Shown piece after piece: positions 16,459 to 25,692 of a stretch of 64,000 nucleotides of DNA. The notes under the pieces were generated by a model, which worked only from the letters and a program-made list of their open reading frames with translations, searched no databases and was not told where the DNA came from. This stretch comes from an uncultured Gammaproteobacteria bacterium. Its GTDB lineage: Bacteria; Patescibacteriota; Microgenomatia; CAZETR01; Amesbacteraceae. The position numbers were made by a program, and so were the translations under genes. The first letter of the stretch is position 1; each line of letters starts with the position of its first letter. The stretch is taken from NCBI GenBank assembly GCA_964358085.1, contig CAYHNU010000001.1:11220-75219 (forward strand), in the 5' to 3' direction.

Positions 16459-18208
16459 TTTTTTAGTAGCGGCCATACTATTTTTTATTTTGGTTCCCGG
16501 CGTATATGCTTCGGAGGAATTTATAAATATTGTCAATCCGGTGCGGACTTCTACTTATAACTCCAATCCAGCAGCCAGCCTGCGGGCCCAGTACAGCATA
16601 ATTTCCCAATACCGGTTAGCAGCAACTTGGTTATTGACCTACGATGTATTAGGCCGACCGGAAATGGTCACCGAATTTAAAAAATTCTCGCCCAATCAAG
16701 AACTCGGTATTTTCTTAGAGATTGCTCCTGGATTTGCTAAAGCTGCGGGAGTTGAGTATCACAATACCGGTTCTTGGCATTTTGCCAACGCAGTATTTTT
16801 ATCCGGTTACACACAAGAAGAAAGAATCAAGTTCATGGATACGGTATTTGCCAAGTTTAAAGAACAATTTGGTTACTACCCAGTTTCCGTCGGGTCCTGG
16901 TGGACGGATAGTTATTCCCTAAGTTACATGAGACAAAAATACGGTATTATTGCCAATCTGGGGGTTGCCGACCAGTACTCGACTGATAATTATCAGGTGT
17001 GGGGGACTTATTGGTCCACCCCCTATTATCCCAGCAAACTTCACGCCGGTATTCCGGCGGCCAGCCCGGACAATAAAATAGGAGTAGTCACTCTCCAATG
17101 GGCTCCCCGCGAGCCTCGGCGGGGGTATTACAGCAGTCTATATAGTACCCAAGATTATTTCACCACTCCAAAGCTTGATGTCAATTATTTCTCCCAGCTG
17201 ATCGATATATTTTCTCAAGTCACAGTTGGTTTAGAAAGCGATTTCACCCCCGATGTTTATGGGGGTGAATATGCCAAACAAATGCAGATTGTGACTCAAA
17301 AAAGCGCAACCAAGGTGACCATGAAAAACTTTGCCGAATGGTACACAGATAAATTTCCCGGGATATCACCAGAACAAAAGATCGAATCGGACGGTATGGT
17401 CTGGTATCAATCACCTTTTTACAGGTTGGGCATAGACAAAACAAACAGCAAAATCATTGATTTCAGAATTTATCCCGCGGATTATAGAGAGCCTTATTAT
17501 TTATGGCCAAATAGAGAAAAAGATTTGCGCATAAATATTCCCTCTTTGATTGATTCCATCCAAAACCCTTCAGAAATTTGGAATATCACAGACCTAAATA
17601 TCAAGACTATGCCAAAATATTTTGAATCCGCAAATAAACCTCCCCAAAGATTTTTCAAATCAAACTTTATTTTGGTAAAGAAATCAGGCAATACTTGGCG
17701 CGTAGAGATAAGTAACAACTTTAAAGACGGAGAGATATTTAGCGATTGGAGTCTGGAAACGAAACACTTATTCAAATCCTCTAAAAATCTCATCAAAACA
17801 ATGATTTCTTTTGACTGGAATAAATTCAAAAAAGAAAAATACTGGATTTCTCCGGAGGAACTAATAGCTTTGGAAAAATTTAGATTAATGCCAAAAGGCA
17901 AGGTATTAGTTTACGACCACGAGTGTCTGCAATGTGAATATTTCGGAAAATATCGCCCGGCAGCATTTGCCAATTCTCGGAAATACGTAAGCAGATTTTC
18001 CCAAAAAACAATAATTTATAATTACTCTGTGTTTAAAGCCAAAGATAGACCCACAGCTAAAAAGCAATTACAAAAAACTGGGGCTAAATACGTTTACTTA
18101 GTTAAGTATAATCAATATCAGGAATCGTTACCATTTTCACCGGGGGATTTGGGAGTTGAGAAGATATTCGAAAATGCCAATGTACAAATATGGATCAAAA
18201 AGATATAA
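16451..18208 (+). CDS. Hypothetical exported protein (signal peptide), unknown function, embedded in glycan locus
   Basis: ATG at 16451 gives 'MCNFLVAAILFFILVPGVYASEEF', a signal-peptide-like N-terminus. About 585 aa, Tyr/Trp-rich soluble domain. I did not recognise a family. Confidence 0.45.
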   Translation: MCNFLVAAILFFILVPGVYASEEFINIVNPVRTSTYNSNPAASLRAQYSIISQYRLAATWLLTYDVLGRPEMVTEFKKFSPNQELGIFLEIAPGFAKAAGVEYHNTGSWHFANAVFLSGYTQEERIKFMDTVFAKFKEQFGYYPVSVGSWWTDSYSLSYMRQKYGIIANLGVADQYSTDNYQVWGTYWSTPYYPSKLHAGIPAASPDNKIGVVTLQWAPREPRRGYYSSLYSTQDYFTTPKLDVNYFSQLIDIFSQVTVGLESDFTPDVYGGEYAKQMQIVTQKSATKVTMKNFAEWYTDKFPGISPEQKIESDGMVWYQSPFYRLGIDKTNSKIIDFRIYPADYREPYYLWPNREKDLRINIPSLIDSIQNPSEIWNITDLNIKTMPKYFESANKPPQRFFKSNFILVKKSGNTWRVEISNNFKDGEIFSDWSLETKHLFKSSKNLIKTMISFDWNKFKKEKYWISPEELIALEKFRLMPKGKVLVYDHECLQCEYFGKYRPAAFANSRKYVSRFSQKTIIYNYSVFKAKDRPTAKKQLQKTGAKYVYLVKYNQYQESLPFSPGDLGVEKIFENANVQIWIKKI

Positions 18209-19212
18209 ATTTTCCCGGAGTTAGCATCATTATTCCGGTTTTAAATAACGAACGTACTATCAAAAAGTGCTTGGAAGGTATTACGCTTCAAGATTATCCT
18301 AAAAACAAAGTCGAGGTCCTGATTCTTGATGGGGGAAGCACTGACAAAACCATAGCAATCGCAAAATCTTTTAGAAGCATAAACCTCCACATTGTAAAGG
18401 GTGGTTATCGCAACAATATGGAGGCCAGGAGATCTATAGGCTTCCGAAAAGCAAAGTACAATTTAGTATTGGTTTTGGATTCGGACAATTACTTATACAG
18501 TTCAGATAGTCTTCGAAAGTTAGTCAAGCCCATGCTCGGCGAGGATCATCTGATTGGGTCATTCACTCTTCACTACCACTATGATTCCCAATTGCCGTTT
18601 TTTACTAGATATATATCTTTATTTGGCAACCATGATCCCGTTGCCTATTATCTACACAAAGCTGATCGGCAAAAAATTACTCAAAAAACTTGGCCACACA
18701 AAAACCAAATTGTGTCTACAAAACCGGAATGGACTGTCGTCCAATTTAATAAACAAAATTTCCCAACCCTCGGCAGCAACGGGTTTCTCATAAACAAGAA
18801 ATATCTGCGCTTAAAAAATCTTAAACCGGAGAATTTTTTACATACTGATATTCTCTATGATCTTCTCGATAGGGGGTTAAATAAATATGCGGTGGTTGAT
18901 GCTCAAGTTGTTCACGATAGCAGTTCCAGCATTAAACGACATTTAGAAAAAAGGTATGAATATATGCAACTTCACCATATTTCTCTGGCTAAAATAAGGC
19001 GCTATAAAGTCTTCGATTCCAACTCGCCTCAGGATCGTTTCCATCTTACCAAATTTATTTTTTATACCATTACTATTGTCAAGCCTCTCCATGAATCAAT
19101 CGAGGGATTCTTCAAAAAACCCGACCTCGCCTGGTTTATTCACCCCTTTTTGTGCTGGGCATTTTTAATCACTTATTCATTTGCAGTAGTCAATCCTCAC
19201 AAAAAAAGATGA
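18190..19212 (+). CDS. GT2 glycosyltransferase with C-terminal membrane segment
   Basis: 'VSIIIPVLNNERTI', 'LDGGSTDKT', 'LDSDN'. C-terminal hydrophobic 'WFIHPFLCWAFLITYSFAVV'. Confidence 0.6.
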   Translation: MDQKDINFPGVSIIIPVLNNERTIKKCLEGITLQDYPKNKVEVLILDGGSTDKTIAIAKSFRSINLHIVKGGYRNNMEARRSIGFRKAKYNLVLVLDSDNYLYSSDSLRKLVKPMLGEDHLIGSFTLHYHYDSQLPFFTRYISLFGNHDPVAYYLHKADRQKITQKTWPHKNQIVSTKPEWTVVQFNKQNFPTLGSNGFLINKKYLRLKNLKPENFLHTDILYDLLDRGLNKYAVVDAQVVHDSSSSIKRHLEKRYEYMQLHHISLAKIRRYKVFDSNSPQDRFHLTKFIFYTITIVKPLHESIEGFFKKPDLAWFIHPFLCWAFLITYSFAVVNPHKKR

Positions 19213-20324
19213 ACATATTAATTCTGAATTGGAAGGACCTTAAGCATCCACAAGTAGGGGGAGCTGAAATCATAGTTTACGAATTGGCAAAGAGGCTGGT
19301 ATCGATGGGACATGAAGTAACATGGTTTTGTAGAATCTTCAAGTATGGAAAGCCAGAAGAAATCATCAACGGAATTAAAGTTGTAAGAAGAGGTAATTTA
19401 ATAACCATGTATCTTCACGCGCCGGTATACTATTGGAAACTTCAGAAAAAACCAGACGTGGTAGTAGACATATCTAATACCATATATTGGCAAACCCCTT
19501 TATGGGCTTGGAAATCCGAAAAAATTGCTTATCTTAATCAATTGGCACAAGAAGTTTTTTATTACGAGTATCCAATCTTGATATCTCGATTTGGTAAGTT
19601 AATAGAAAAACTTCAGTATTTAGTATATTTAAATACAAAGTTTGTTTGTTACGCCCAGAGTACAAAAACAGACTTGATATCAATGGGAATAAACAATTCC
19701 AAAATAAGCGTATTCTCATTGGGAGTTGATCACGATAGATACTTTCCCGGTAAAAAGTCAAAAACTCCATTATTTATATGCGTTAACCGACTGGTGAAGA
19801 TGAAAAGAACCGATTTGGCTATCAGAGCTATGGGTGAAGTTTGTAAAAACTTTCCCAAAGCCAGATTAGTAATCGTAGGATATGGTTACGATAGAATAAG
19901 GCTTGAGAAATTAAGAGACAGTTTAGGTCTGGAAGACTCAGTGAGATTTGCGGATGAAAACATTTTGTTTTTCACCAAAAACTCAAACGACAAAAAAGTT
20001 TCACTTATGCAACAAGCTTGGGCATTAGTTTTTCCTTCAGTCAAAGAGGGATGGGGGATGACAGTTACTGAAAGTGCTGCCTGTGGGACTCCGTCTATTG
20101 TAACCGACGTGACAGGCCTTAGAAATTCTGTACTTAAAAATGAAACAGGTTTGGTGGTATCCGCCAATCCAACAGTGGAAGAACTTTCGGAAGCTATGGA
20201 AAATATACTCTCTGATTCTAACTTAAGAAACCGGCTATCGAAAAACGCACTAAAATACGCACAGAAATTTACTTGGGACAAAAGTTGTCAGCAATTCCAA
20301 AAAATCATCACCCACACATCATGA
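19209..20324 (+). CDS. GT4 glycosyltransferase, member 1 of a tandem triplet
   Basis: 'MNILILNWKDLKHPQVGGAEI...', C-terminal 'FPSVKEGWGMTVTESAACGTPSIVTDVTG'. ATGA overlaps at both ends. Confidence 0.65.
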   Translation: MNILILNWKDLKHPQVGGAEIIVYELAKRLVSMGHEVTWFCRIFKYGKPEEIINGIKVVRRGNLITMYLHAPVYYWKLQKKPDVVVDISNTIYWQTPLWAWKSEKIAYLNQLAQEVFYYEYPILISRFGKLIEKLQYLVYLNTKFVCYAQSTKTDLISMGINNSKISVFSLGVDHDRYFPGKKSKTPLFICVNRLVKMKRTDLAIRAMGEVCKNFPKARLVIVGYGYDRIRLEKLRDSLGLEDSVRFADENILFFTKNSNDKKVSLMQQAWALVFPSVKEGWGMTVTESAACGTPSIVTDVTGLRNSVLKNETGLVVSANPTVEELSEAMENILSDSNLRNRLSKNALKYAQKFTWDKSCQQFQKIITHTS

Positions 20325-21451
20325 ATATCTTAATGCTTTCCTGGAGAGGACCAGGTCATCCCAACTCCGGTGGTGCAGAAATAAACACGCTTGAAAATGT
20401 CACTGCATGGACCAATGCCGGACACAGCGTTACCTGGTTCACCTCGACCTTTCCGGGGGCAATCCCTTTCGAAGTTGTTAATAAAGTGAAAATTGTTAGA
20501 CGCGGATCCCAAAATTTTAAAGTTAATTTAGCAGCATTTACTTGGTACCTCTCTGGATCCCATGAGAAATTTGACATCGTCGTTGATCAATTCCATGGAT
20601 TACCCTTCTTTACTCCTCTGTACGTTAAGGTTCCTAAACTTGCATTTATTCATGAAGTAGCCCGTGAGGTTTGGTGGTTAAACCCCTGGCCTAAACCGTT
20701 TAACCTCATTCCAGCTATAGTCGGCAGCTTTCTTGAGCCGTGGATATTTCGCATTCTTTACAAAAAGATTCCTTTTATGACAGTATCTAATTCAACCAAA
20801 GAAGATTTAATTAAATACGGAATTCCTGAAAAAAACATATCGGTATTTCTTAGCGGAGTTAATCTTTCTATTCCGTCTCCTTTACCAACCAAAAACAAGG
20901 TTCCAACGATTGTATTTTTAGGAGCATTATCTAAAGACAAGGGAATTGAAGACGCGTTACTCACCTTTTCTTTTATTAGTAAACTCCGTCCATCTTGGAA
21001 ATTCTGGGTGATAGGTAAGGGGGAAACTAACTATCAACTCTATTTAGACACTCTTTGTCAGAAACTGCAGGTAGACAAAAAGGTCAAGTTTTTGGGCCCG
21101 GTATATTCATTGAAGAAATTTAAGCTACTGTCACGGTCGCACATTTTGATTAATCCTTCGATCCGTGAGGGCTGGGGCCTGGTCAATATTGAAGCCAACG
21201 CCGTAGGAACTCCGGTAGTAGGATACTATGTTCCGGGTACTAAGGATTCAGTTCGTCATCAAGTTACCGGTCTCCTCTGTCCTCCACATCATCCGGAATT
21301 GCTGGCCAGAAATGCGATTCGGTTGATTGAAGACAAAAAATTATATAAACGACTTGTCTCCAATTCTCTGCGCTGGAGTAAACAATTTTCTTGGGACAAG
21401 TTTACTAAACAAAGCTTAACTCTTATTGAAAACCTAGCGGGCAAGAAATGA
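20321..21451 (+). CDS. GT4 glycosyltransferase, member 2 of a tandem triplet
   Basis: 'MNILMLSWRGPGHPNSGGAEI', 'NPSIREGWGLVNIEANAVGTPVVGYYVPG'. Confidence 0.65.
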   Translation: MNILMLSWRGPGHPNSGGAEINTLENVTAWTNAGHSVTWFTSTFPGAIPFEVVNKVKIVRRGSQNFKVNLAAFTWYLSGSHEKFDIVVDQFHGLPFFTPLYVKVPKLAFIHEVAREVWWLNPWPKPFNLIPAIVGSFLEPWIFRILYKKIPFMTVSNSTKEDLIKYGIPEKNISVFLSGVNLSIPSPLPTKNKVPTIVFLGALSKDKGIEDALLTFSFISKLRPSWKFWVIGKGETNYQLYLDTLCQKLQVDKKVKFLGPVYSLKKFKLLSRSHILINPSIREGWGLVNIEANAVGTPVVGYYVPGTKDSVRHQVTGLLCPPHHPELLARNAIRLIEDKKLYKRLVSNSLRWSKQFSWDKFTKQSLTLIENLAGKK

Positions 21452-22578
21452 ACATTCTTATGCTTTCCTGGCGCGGTCCCGGCCACCCCAACTATGGCGG
21501 AGCCGAGATCGTTTCACATGAACATGCCAAAGCCTGGGTAGCTGCTGGTCACCAAGTAACCTTATTCACCTCCTATTTTCCTGGCGTTCCTCAAGAAGAG
21601 TTTGTTGACGGGGTGAAAATAATTCGCAGTGGAAACCAACTAATTACGATTCAACTTGCGGCTATGTATTGGTATTTGTTTGGCCGCCATTCCAAATATG
21701 ATTTGGTTATTGATCAATTTCATGGTATCCCTTTTTTTACTCCGCTTTTTGTCAGAACCAAAAAATTGGCATTTATCCATGAAGTGGCTAAAGAAGTTTG
21801 GTGGATAAATCATTTACGCTTCCCCATTAATTACATATTTGGCACAGCCGGGTTTATTTCCGAACCCTTAATTTTTCGATTTTTTTATCGTCACATCCCT
21901 TTTTTTACCGTATCCCAGTCCACAAAACAAGATTTGATCAAGTGGTCCATCCCTGCTTCAAATATTCATATAATACCTAACGGAGTCACCACTTTACCTG
22001 CTAAATTTGCCAAAGAAAAAATCCCAACCGTGATTTTTTTAGGCGCTATCGCTCAAGATAAGGGAATTGAAGATACACTGTTTGCCTTTTCACACATTGT
22101 CAAACTACATCCCCAGTGGCGTTTATGGGTTGTTGGTAAGAGTGAACCGACCTATCAGGCTAAGCTGGATGAACTCGGCCTTCACTTAGGAATTAATTCT
22201 CGGCTCAAATTCTGGGGCTTTGCGAATGAGCCAAAAAAATTCGAACTTTTATCCCGGGCCAATGTGATGCTTAACCCATCAGCCAGAGAAGGCTGGGGAT
22301 TAGTGAATATTGAAGCTAATTCCGTCGGCACACCCGTTGTCGCCTACGATGTTCCCGGTTGTCGTGACTCTATCCAAGACCAGATCACCGGATTTCTTTG
22401 TCCCAAAGGCGATATTTCCTGTCTTGCTAAAACCTGCGTCCGCCTTGTGAGTGATAATAAGTTGTATGAAAAAATGTCAGCTCAAGCAATAAAATGGTCT
22501 CAGCAATTTTCCTGGACCAAATCAACTTCTATTAGCCTCAAGCTTATTGAGACTTTACACACAACAAATCCGCGTTGA
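21448..22578 (+). CDS. GT4 glycosyltransferase, member 3 of a tandem triplet
   Basis: 'MNILMLSWRGPGHPNYGGAEI', 'NPSAREGWGLVNIEANSVGTPVVAYDVPG'. N-terminus nearly identical to member 2. Confidence 0.65.
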   Translation: MNILMLSWRGPGHPNYGGAEIVSHEHAKAWVAAGHQVTLFTSYFPGVPQEEFVDGVKIIRSGNQLITIQLAAMYWYLFGRHSKYDLVIDQFHGIPFFTPLFVRTKKLAFIHEVAKEVWWINHLRFPINYIFGTAGFISEPLIFRFFYRHIPFFTVSQSTKQDLIKWSIPASNIHIIPNGVTTLPAKFAKEKIPTVIFLGAIAQDKGIEDTLFAFSHIVKLHPQWRLWVVGKSEPTYQAKLDELGLHLGINSRLKFWGFANEPKKFELLSRANVMLNPSAREGWGLVNIEANSVGTPVVAYDVPGCRDSIQDQITGFLCPKGDISCLAKTCVRLVSDNKLYEKMSAQAIKWSQQFSWTKSTSISLKLIETLHTTNPR

Positions 22579-23404
22579 AGAGTGAATCCTGGGGGTAATC
22601 TATCAATATTTTTTGAATTGAAAGGGTAGACACTTTTTTGGTAATGTTATTGATTTCGAAAATTTTGAATTTACTCTTCTTAAGAAGATTTAGATACTCC
22701 CGACCAGAACTTCCACACAGGCGCAACCCTCTTGGCCAGAACTCGGTTAAAAGCTTCAGTTTTTTACTTTTCCTTATTATTTCTGATGCACCAGTTAAAG
22801 TTTTTGTCTCCGAGCCTTGAATGTCCATCTTAATGACATTAATTCTTTTCTCTTTATTTTTTAAAAAAGTGTCCAATTTGATTGTACCTATAGAAATAGA
22901 TACCCGATTGCCTTCTGGGTCATAAATACGTTGATCGCCGAAATTGTCTTCATTACTCAAAAAAAGTTTGGCAGTACCATCTCTATCCGACACGGCTTTG
23001 TTAATTAGTACTACGTTTTTATATCCATTTAACTCCACGTTTTTTTTAAGTAATTCGAAATTTTTGGGAAGTGGTTCAAACGCATATACCCTTCCTTTAT
23101 CCCCCACTTTTTTCGCGGCAATTAATGTGTAATACCCAATGTGTGCTCCTATATCAACGACAATGTCTCCCAAATTAATACTTTGTTTAAAAAGTTCCGT
23201 TTCAAATTCTTCCCATTTTCCACTCAACAATAACTCCAGTGAAATAACTCGGTCATCTTTATCAATATACATCCGGTGGCCATCGACTATTACTGATTCT
23301 GGTTTAAAAAAATTTATAATTCTGGAGGCGATGTTCTTAGTATGAGGATTTTCATAGATGGGGTGTACGATTTTCCATAAAATTCCTCTAAACATAAGTA
23401 CCAT
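22544..23404 (-). CDS. FkbM-family SAM-dependent methyltransferase
   Basis: 'VVDIGAHIGYYTLIAAKKVGDKGRVYAFEPLPKNF'. The 'FG(N/T)...D(I/V)(E/Q)G.E' tail 'KMDIQGSET' is typical of the Methyltransf_21/FkbM family. Confidence 0.6.
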   Translation of the reverse strand: MVLMFRGILWKIVHPIYENPHTKNIASRIINFFKPESVIVDGHRMYIDKDDRVISLELLLSGKWEEFETELFKQSINLGDIVVDIGAHIGYYTLIAAKKVGDKGRVYAFEPLPKNFELLKKNVELNGYKNVVLINKAVSDRDGTAKLFLSNEDNFGDQRIYDPEGNRVSISIGTIKLDTFLKNKEKRINVIKMDIQGSETKTLTGASEIIRKSKKLKLLTEFWPRGLRLCGSSGREYLNLLKKSKFKIFEINNITKKVSTLSIQKILIDYPQDSLFNADLLCVKSQ

Positions 23405-23453
23405 TATACAGCCAAAATACTTTGTTGTTTGGTGTTAGAATAAGAAGTTATAC

Positions 23454-24431
23454 ATGGCAGTAGAAGCTCGAATTAATACAGTCTCTAATGGGGACACGGA
23501 GATTCTCGTCCCCCTGCACGGAGGTACCTATCAAGTGGTTTGGGAACGTTCTTGGGGGAGTGGTGTTTTTAATCCTTCCCCAAATCAATTTTCAGACTTT
23601 GCCCGAGGCATTAATTATGTAAAAGGGGGCGAGCACAAACTTCTTTTTGGTGTCACTCTTAACGGTGCCTGCCCGGCCGATTGTCTGGATTGCCCCTTCG
23701 GGCGCACAATTATGGCAAAACTTTATACCAGTCTAACTGACAAACAACTCACCCTAGCTCGTCCAATCAGCTCTTCAGAATTACAATCTGCTCTCGAGCG
23801 TGCAAAAGAAATAGCCATAAAGAATGGTATTCTAAGCCAAAACGAAGTGTTTGCAGCAGGAGCCCTTCTGGCGGGAGATCCTGGTTATAGCCCTCACATT
23901 CCCGACCTCATAGCCACGGTTAGCGGTTTTACTGGTTGTGAAGCCTGCCGTTGGTCTACGGTTGCGCCCGATACTGAAAACAATGTCTTGGGGGCTTTTA
24001 TAGAGGGAGCAACTCGAGCCAAGGAAGCCAACCCGACCCACACGCTCAGTTTTCAAGTCTCCCTTCATAGTACCGACCATCAGGAACGTATCAACCACAC
24101 GGGTGTTTCTCGTCTTCTGTCGATGCAAGAAATCTCAATGACATCTCAAAGAATCAGAAAAATTACTGGTAGAAAATTATCTCTTTCCTTTGTATTGCAT
24201 GAAGGATCTGTATTAGATCCACAAGTATTAAATGATAATTTCTCTCCTGACAACAACCTTATCTCTCTACGACCTATCTATTCTCGCATTACCAATCCCA
24301 TAAATCCGGACAGGTTGATAGAACTTTATTCAAAATTAAGAAGCGACAATTGGGATGTGGTTTATATGCCCCCAAGTCAAAGCTATACAGAAGGTGGGCG
24401 GCCAATTGAATTACACAACATGAGAAGCTAG
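23454..24431 (+). CDS. Hypothetical protein with CX3CX2C cysteine motif (possible divergent radical-SAM-like or metal-binding enzyme)
   Basis: 325 aa. 'GVTLNGACPADCLDCPFGR' = C-x3-C-x2-C, plus a later 'GCEACRW'. Visibly higher GC than flanking genes. Lone plus-strand gene between two minus-strand genes. Confidence 0.35.
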   Translation: MAVEARINTVSNGDTEILVPLHGGTYQVVWERSWGSGVFNPSPNQFSDFARGINYVKGGEHKLLFGVTLNGACPADCLDCPFGRTIMAKLYTSLTDKQLTLARPISSSELQSALERAKEIAIKNGILSQNEVFAAGALLAGDPGYSPHIPDLIATVSGFTGCEACRWSTVAPDTENNVLGAFIEGATRAKEANPTHTLSFQVSLHSTDHQERINHTGVSRLLSMQEISMTSQRIRKITGRKLSLSFVLHEGSVLDPQVLNDNFSPDNNLISLRPIYSRITNPINPDRLIELYSKLRSDNWDVVYMPPSQSYTEGGRPIELHNMRS

Positions 24432-25216
24432 GCGGGTGGATTGTAATAGCCCATTGCTGCCTTAATGGCCATTAAGAGGACATCAATTTTTTTTCTAAAT
24501 CCCACAATCTTAGTAGGGGTTTTGCCCTGCGGAGGGTAACATCGCACAACTGGAATCTCGACACTTCGTAGTCCCAATCGGTTGGCGCGAGCGGTCACAT
24601 AAAACAAAATTTCGTAATTGCTAAAAACATTTCTAAATAATTTCAACCTTGAATTAAGAAGTAATTTTCGGCTATGGGCCCGAAAACCATTACTTGTGTC
24701 CGTGTATATCTTACCAGCCGCTAAATTGAGAATTGGAGTGAACAAGTATCTGTTTGCAAATTTCCTTTCTAGCGGGGTATTGACCGCCCGGCCACCTTTT
24801 GCGTATCTGGATCCTTGAATATAATCAAAACCCTCATCTAGTTTTTTTATAAAACTCGAAATTGCTTCTACCCCATCTTTACCATTTCCATCCATCTGCA
24901 CTACCCCTCGATAACCATTTTTAAGCGCAAAGGTATAAGCCATCCGGTACTGCGCCCCCAATTTGCCCGGACCGGTTTTTACAAGCAAAGCTGTCACTCC
25001 TTGATTTTTCAAAAATTTCGGATCAGTCGAACCGTCAGTGCTACCTCCGTCGGCAATAATAATGTCCACCAACTTCGCATACTTCTTTACTTTTTGTAGT
25101 TGTTTCTTAAACTTATCTCCTTCATTAATAACAGGGATGACCAGACAATATTTGGTCTTTCTTTTCTTAAACTCGATCTTTTTAAAACTCGGCACCTCCC
25201 AATCCTTTTTCACCAC
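24428..25216 (-). CDS. GT2 polyprenyl-phosphate sugar synthase (DPM1/GtrB-like)
   Basis: 'YCLVIPVINEGDKF', 'IIADGGSTDGS', 'VVQMDGNG', 'GSRYAKGG'. 262 aa soluble. Divergently paired with the GtrA-like gene. Confidence 0.65.
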   Translation of the reverse strand: MVKKDWEVPSFKKIEFKKRKTKYCLVIPVINEGDKFKKQLQKVKKYAKLVDIIIADGGSTDGSTDPKFLKNQGVTALLVKTGPGKLGAQYRMAYTFALKNGYRGVVQMDGNGKDGVEAISSFIKKLDEGFDYIQGSRYAKGGRAVNTPLERKFANRYLFTPILNLAAGKIYTDTSNGFRAHSRKLLLNSRLKLFRNVFSNYEILFYVTARANRLGLRSVEIPVVRCYPPQGKTPTKIVGFRKKIDVLLMAIKAAMGYYNPPA

Positions 25217-25291
25217 TCAATTATACAGAAGAACTTACAACATCTGTATAATTGTCTTGTGGTACAAACTTTTATACAATTCGTGCGGTTT

Positions 25292-25648
25292 ATGTTTGTG
25301 GGCGGATTGGCAGTAGGGGTTGATTTTGTGGTTTATTTTGGGTTGTTATTTTTACTACCAGTTATTCCTATTTCTTTGGCCAAAGCTATATCTTACATCT
25401 GTGGAGCAACTGTTTCATTTATTGGCCACCGGTATTTTGTATTTGAAGCCCACGACCGCCACCCGCAGCATCAAATCCTGCCCTTCAGTGTTCTCTACAG
25501 CAGTTCTTTAGTAGCCAATAACTTAACCAACCTAGTTATTTTAAATCTGACGGGAGTAAAAATCTTGGCCTGGTTTGTGGCCATCTGCTTATCAACTACA
25601 ATAAATTATCTGGGCATGAAATTTGGGGTGTTCAGGAAAATTAATTAA
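25292..25648 (+). CDS. GtrA-family small membrane protein (polyprenyl-P-sugar flippase-like)
   Basis: 118 aa, 4 TM. 'FVRFMFVGGLAVGVDFVVYFGLL', 'GHRYFVFE'. 'KILAWFVAICLSTTINYLGMKFGVF' is typical of GtrA-like proteins. ATG at 25292. Confidence 0.6.
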   Translation: MFVGGLAVGVDFVVYFGLLFLLPVIPISLAKAISYICGATVSFIGHRYFVFEAHDRHPQHQILPFSVLYSSSLVANNLTNLVILNLTGVKILAWFVAICLSTTINYLGMKFGVFRKIN

Positions 25649-25692
25649 ATCATACCTCTTTACACTTTATAAAAATATGATATATATGACGT

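Noticed and set aside
25038-25316. ORFs at 25038..25316 and 25100..25291 upstream of the GtrA-like gene
   Set aside because: They lie antisense to, or overlap, the GT2 gene at 24428..25216. The GtrA-like homology begins at the ATG at 25292.
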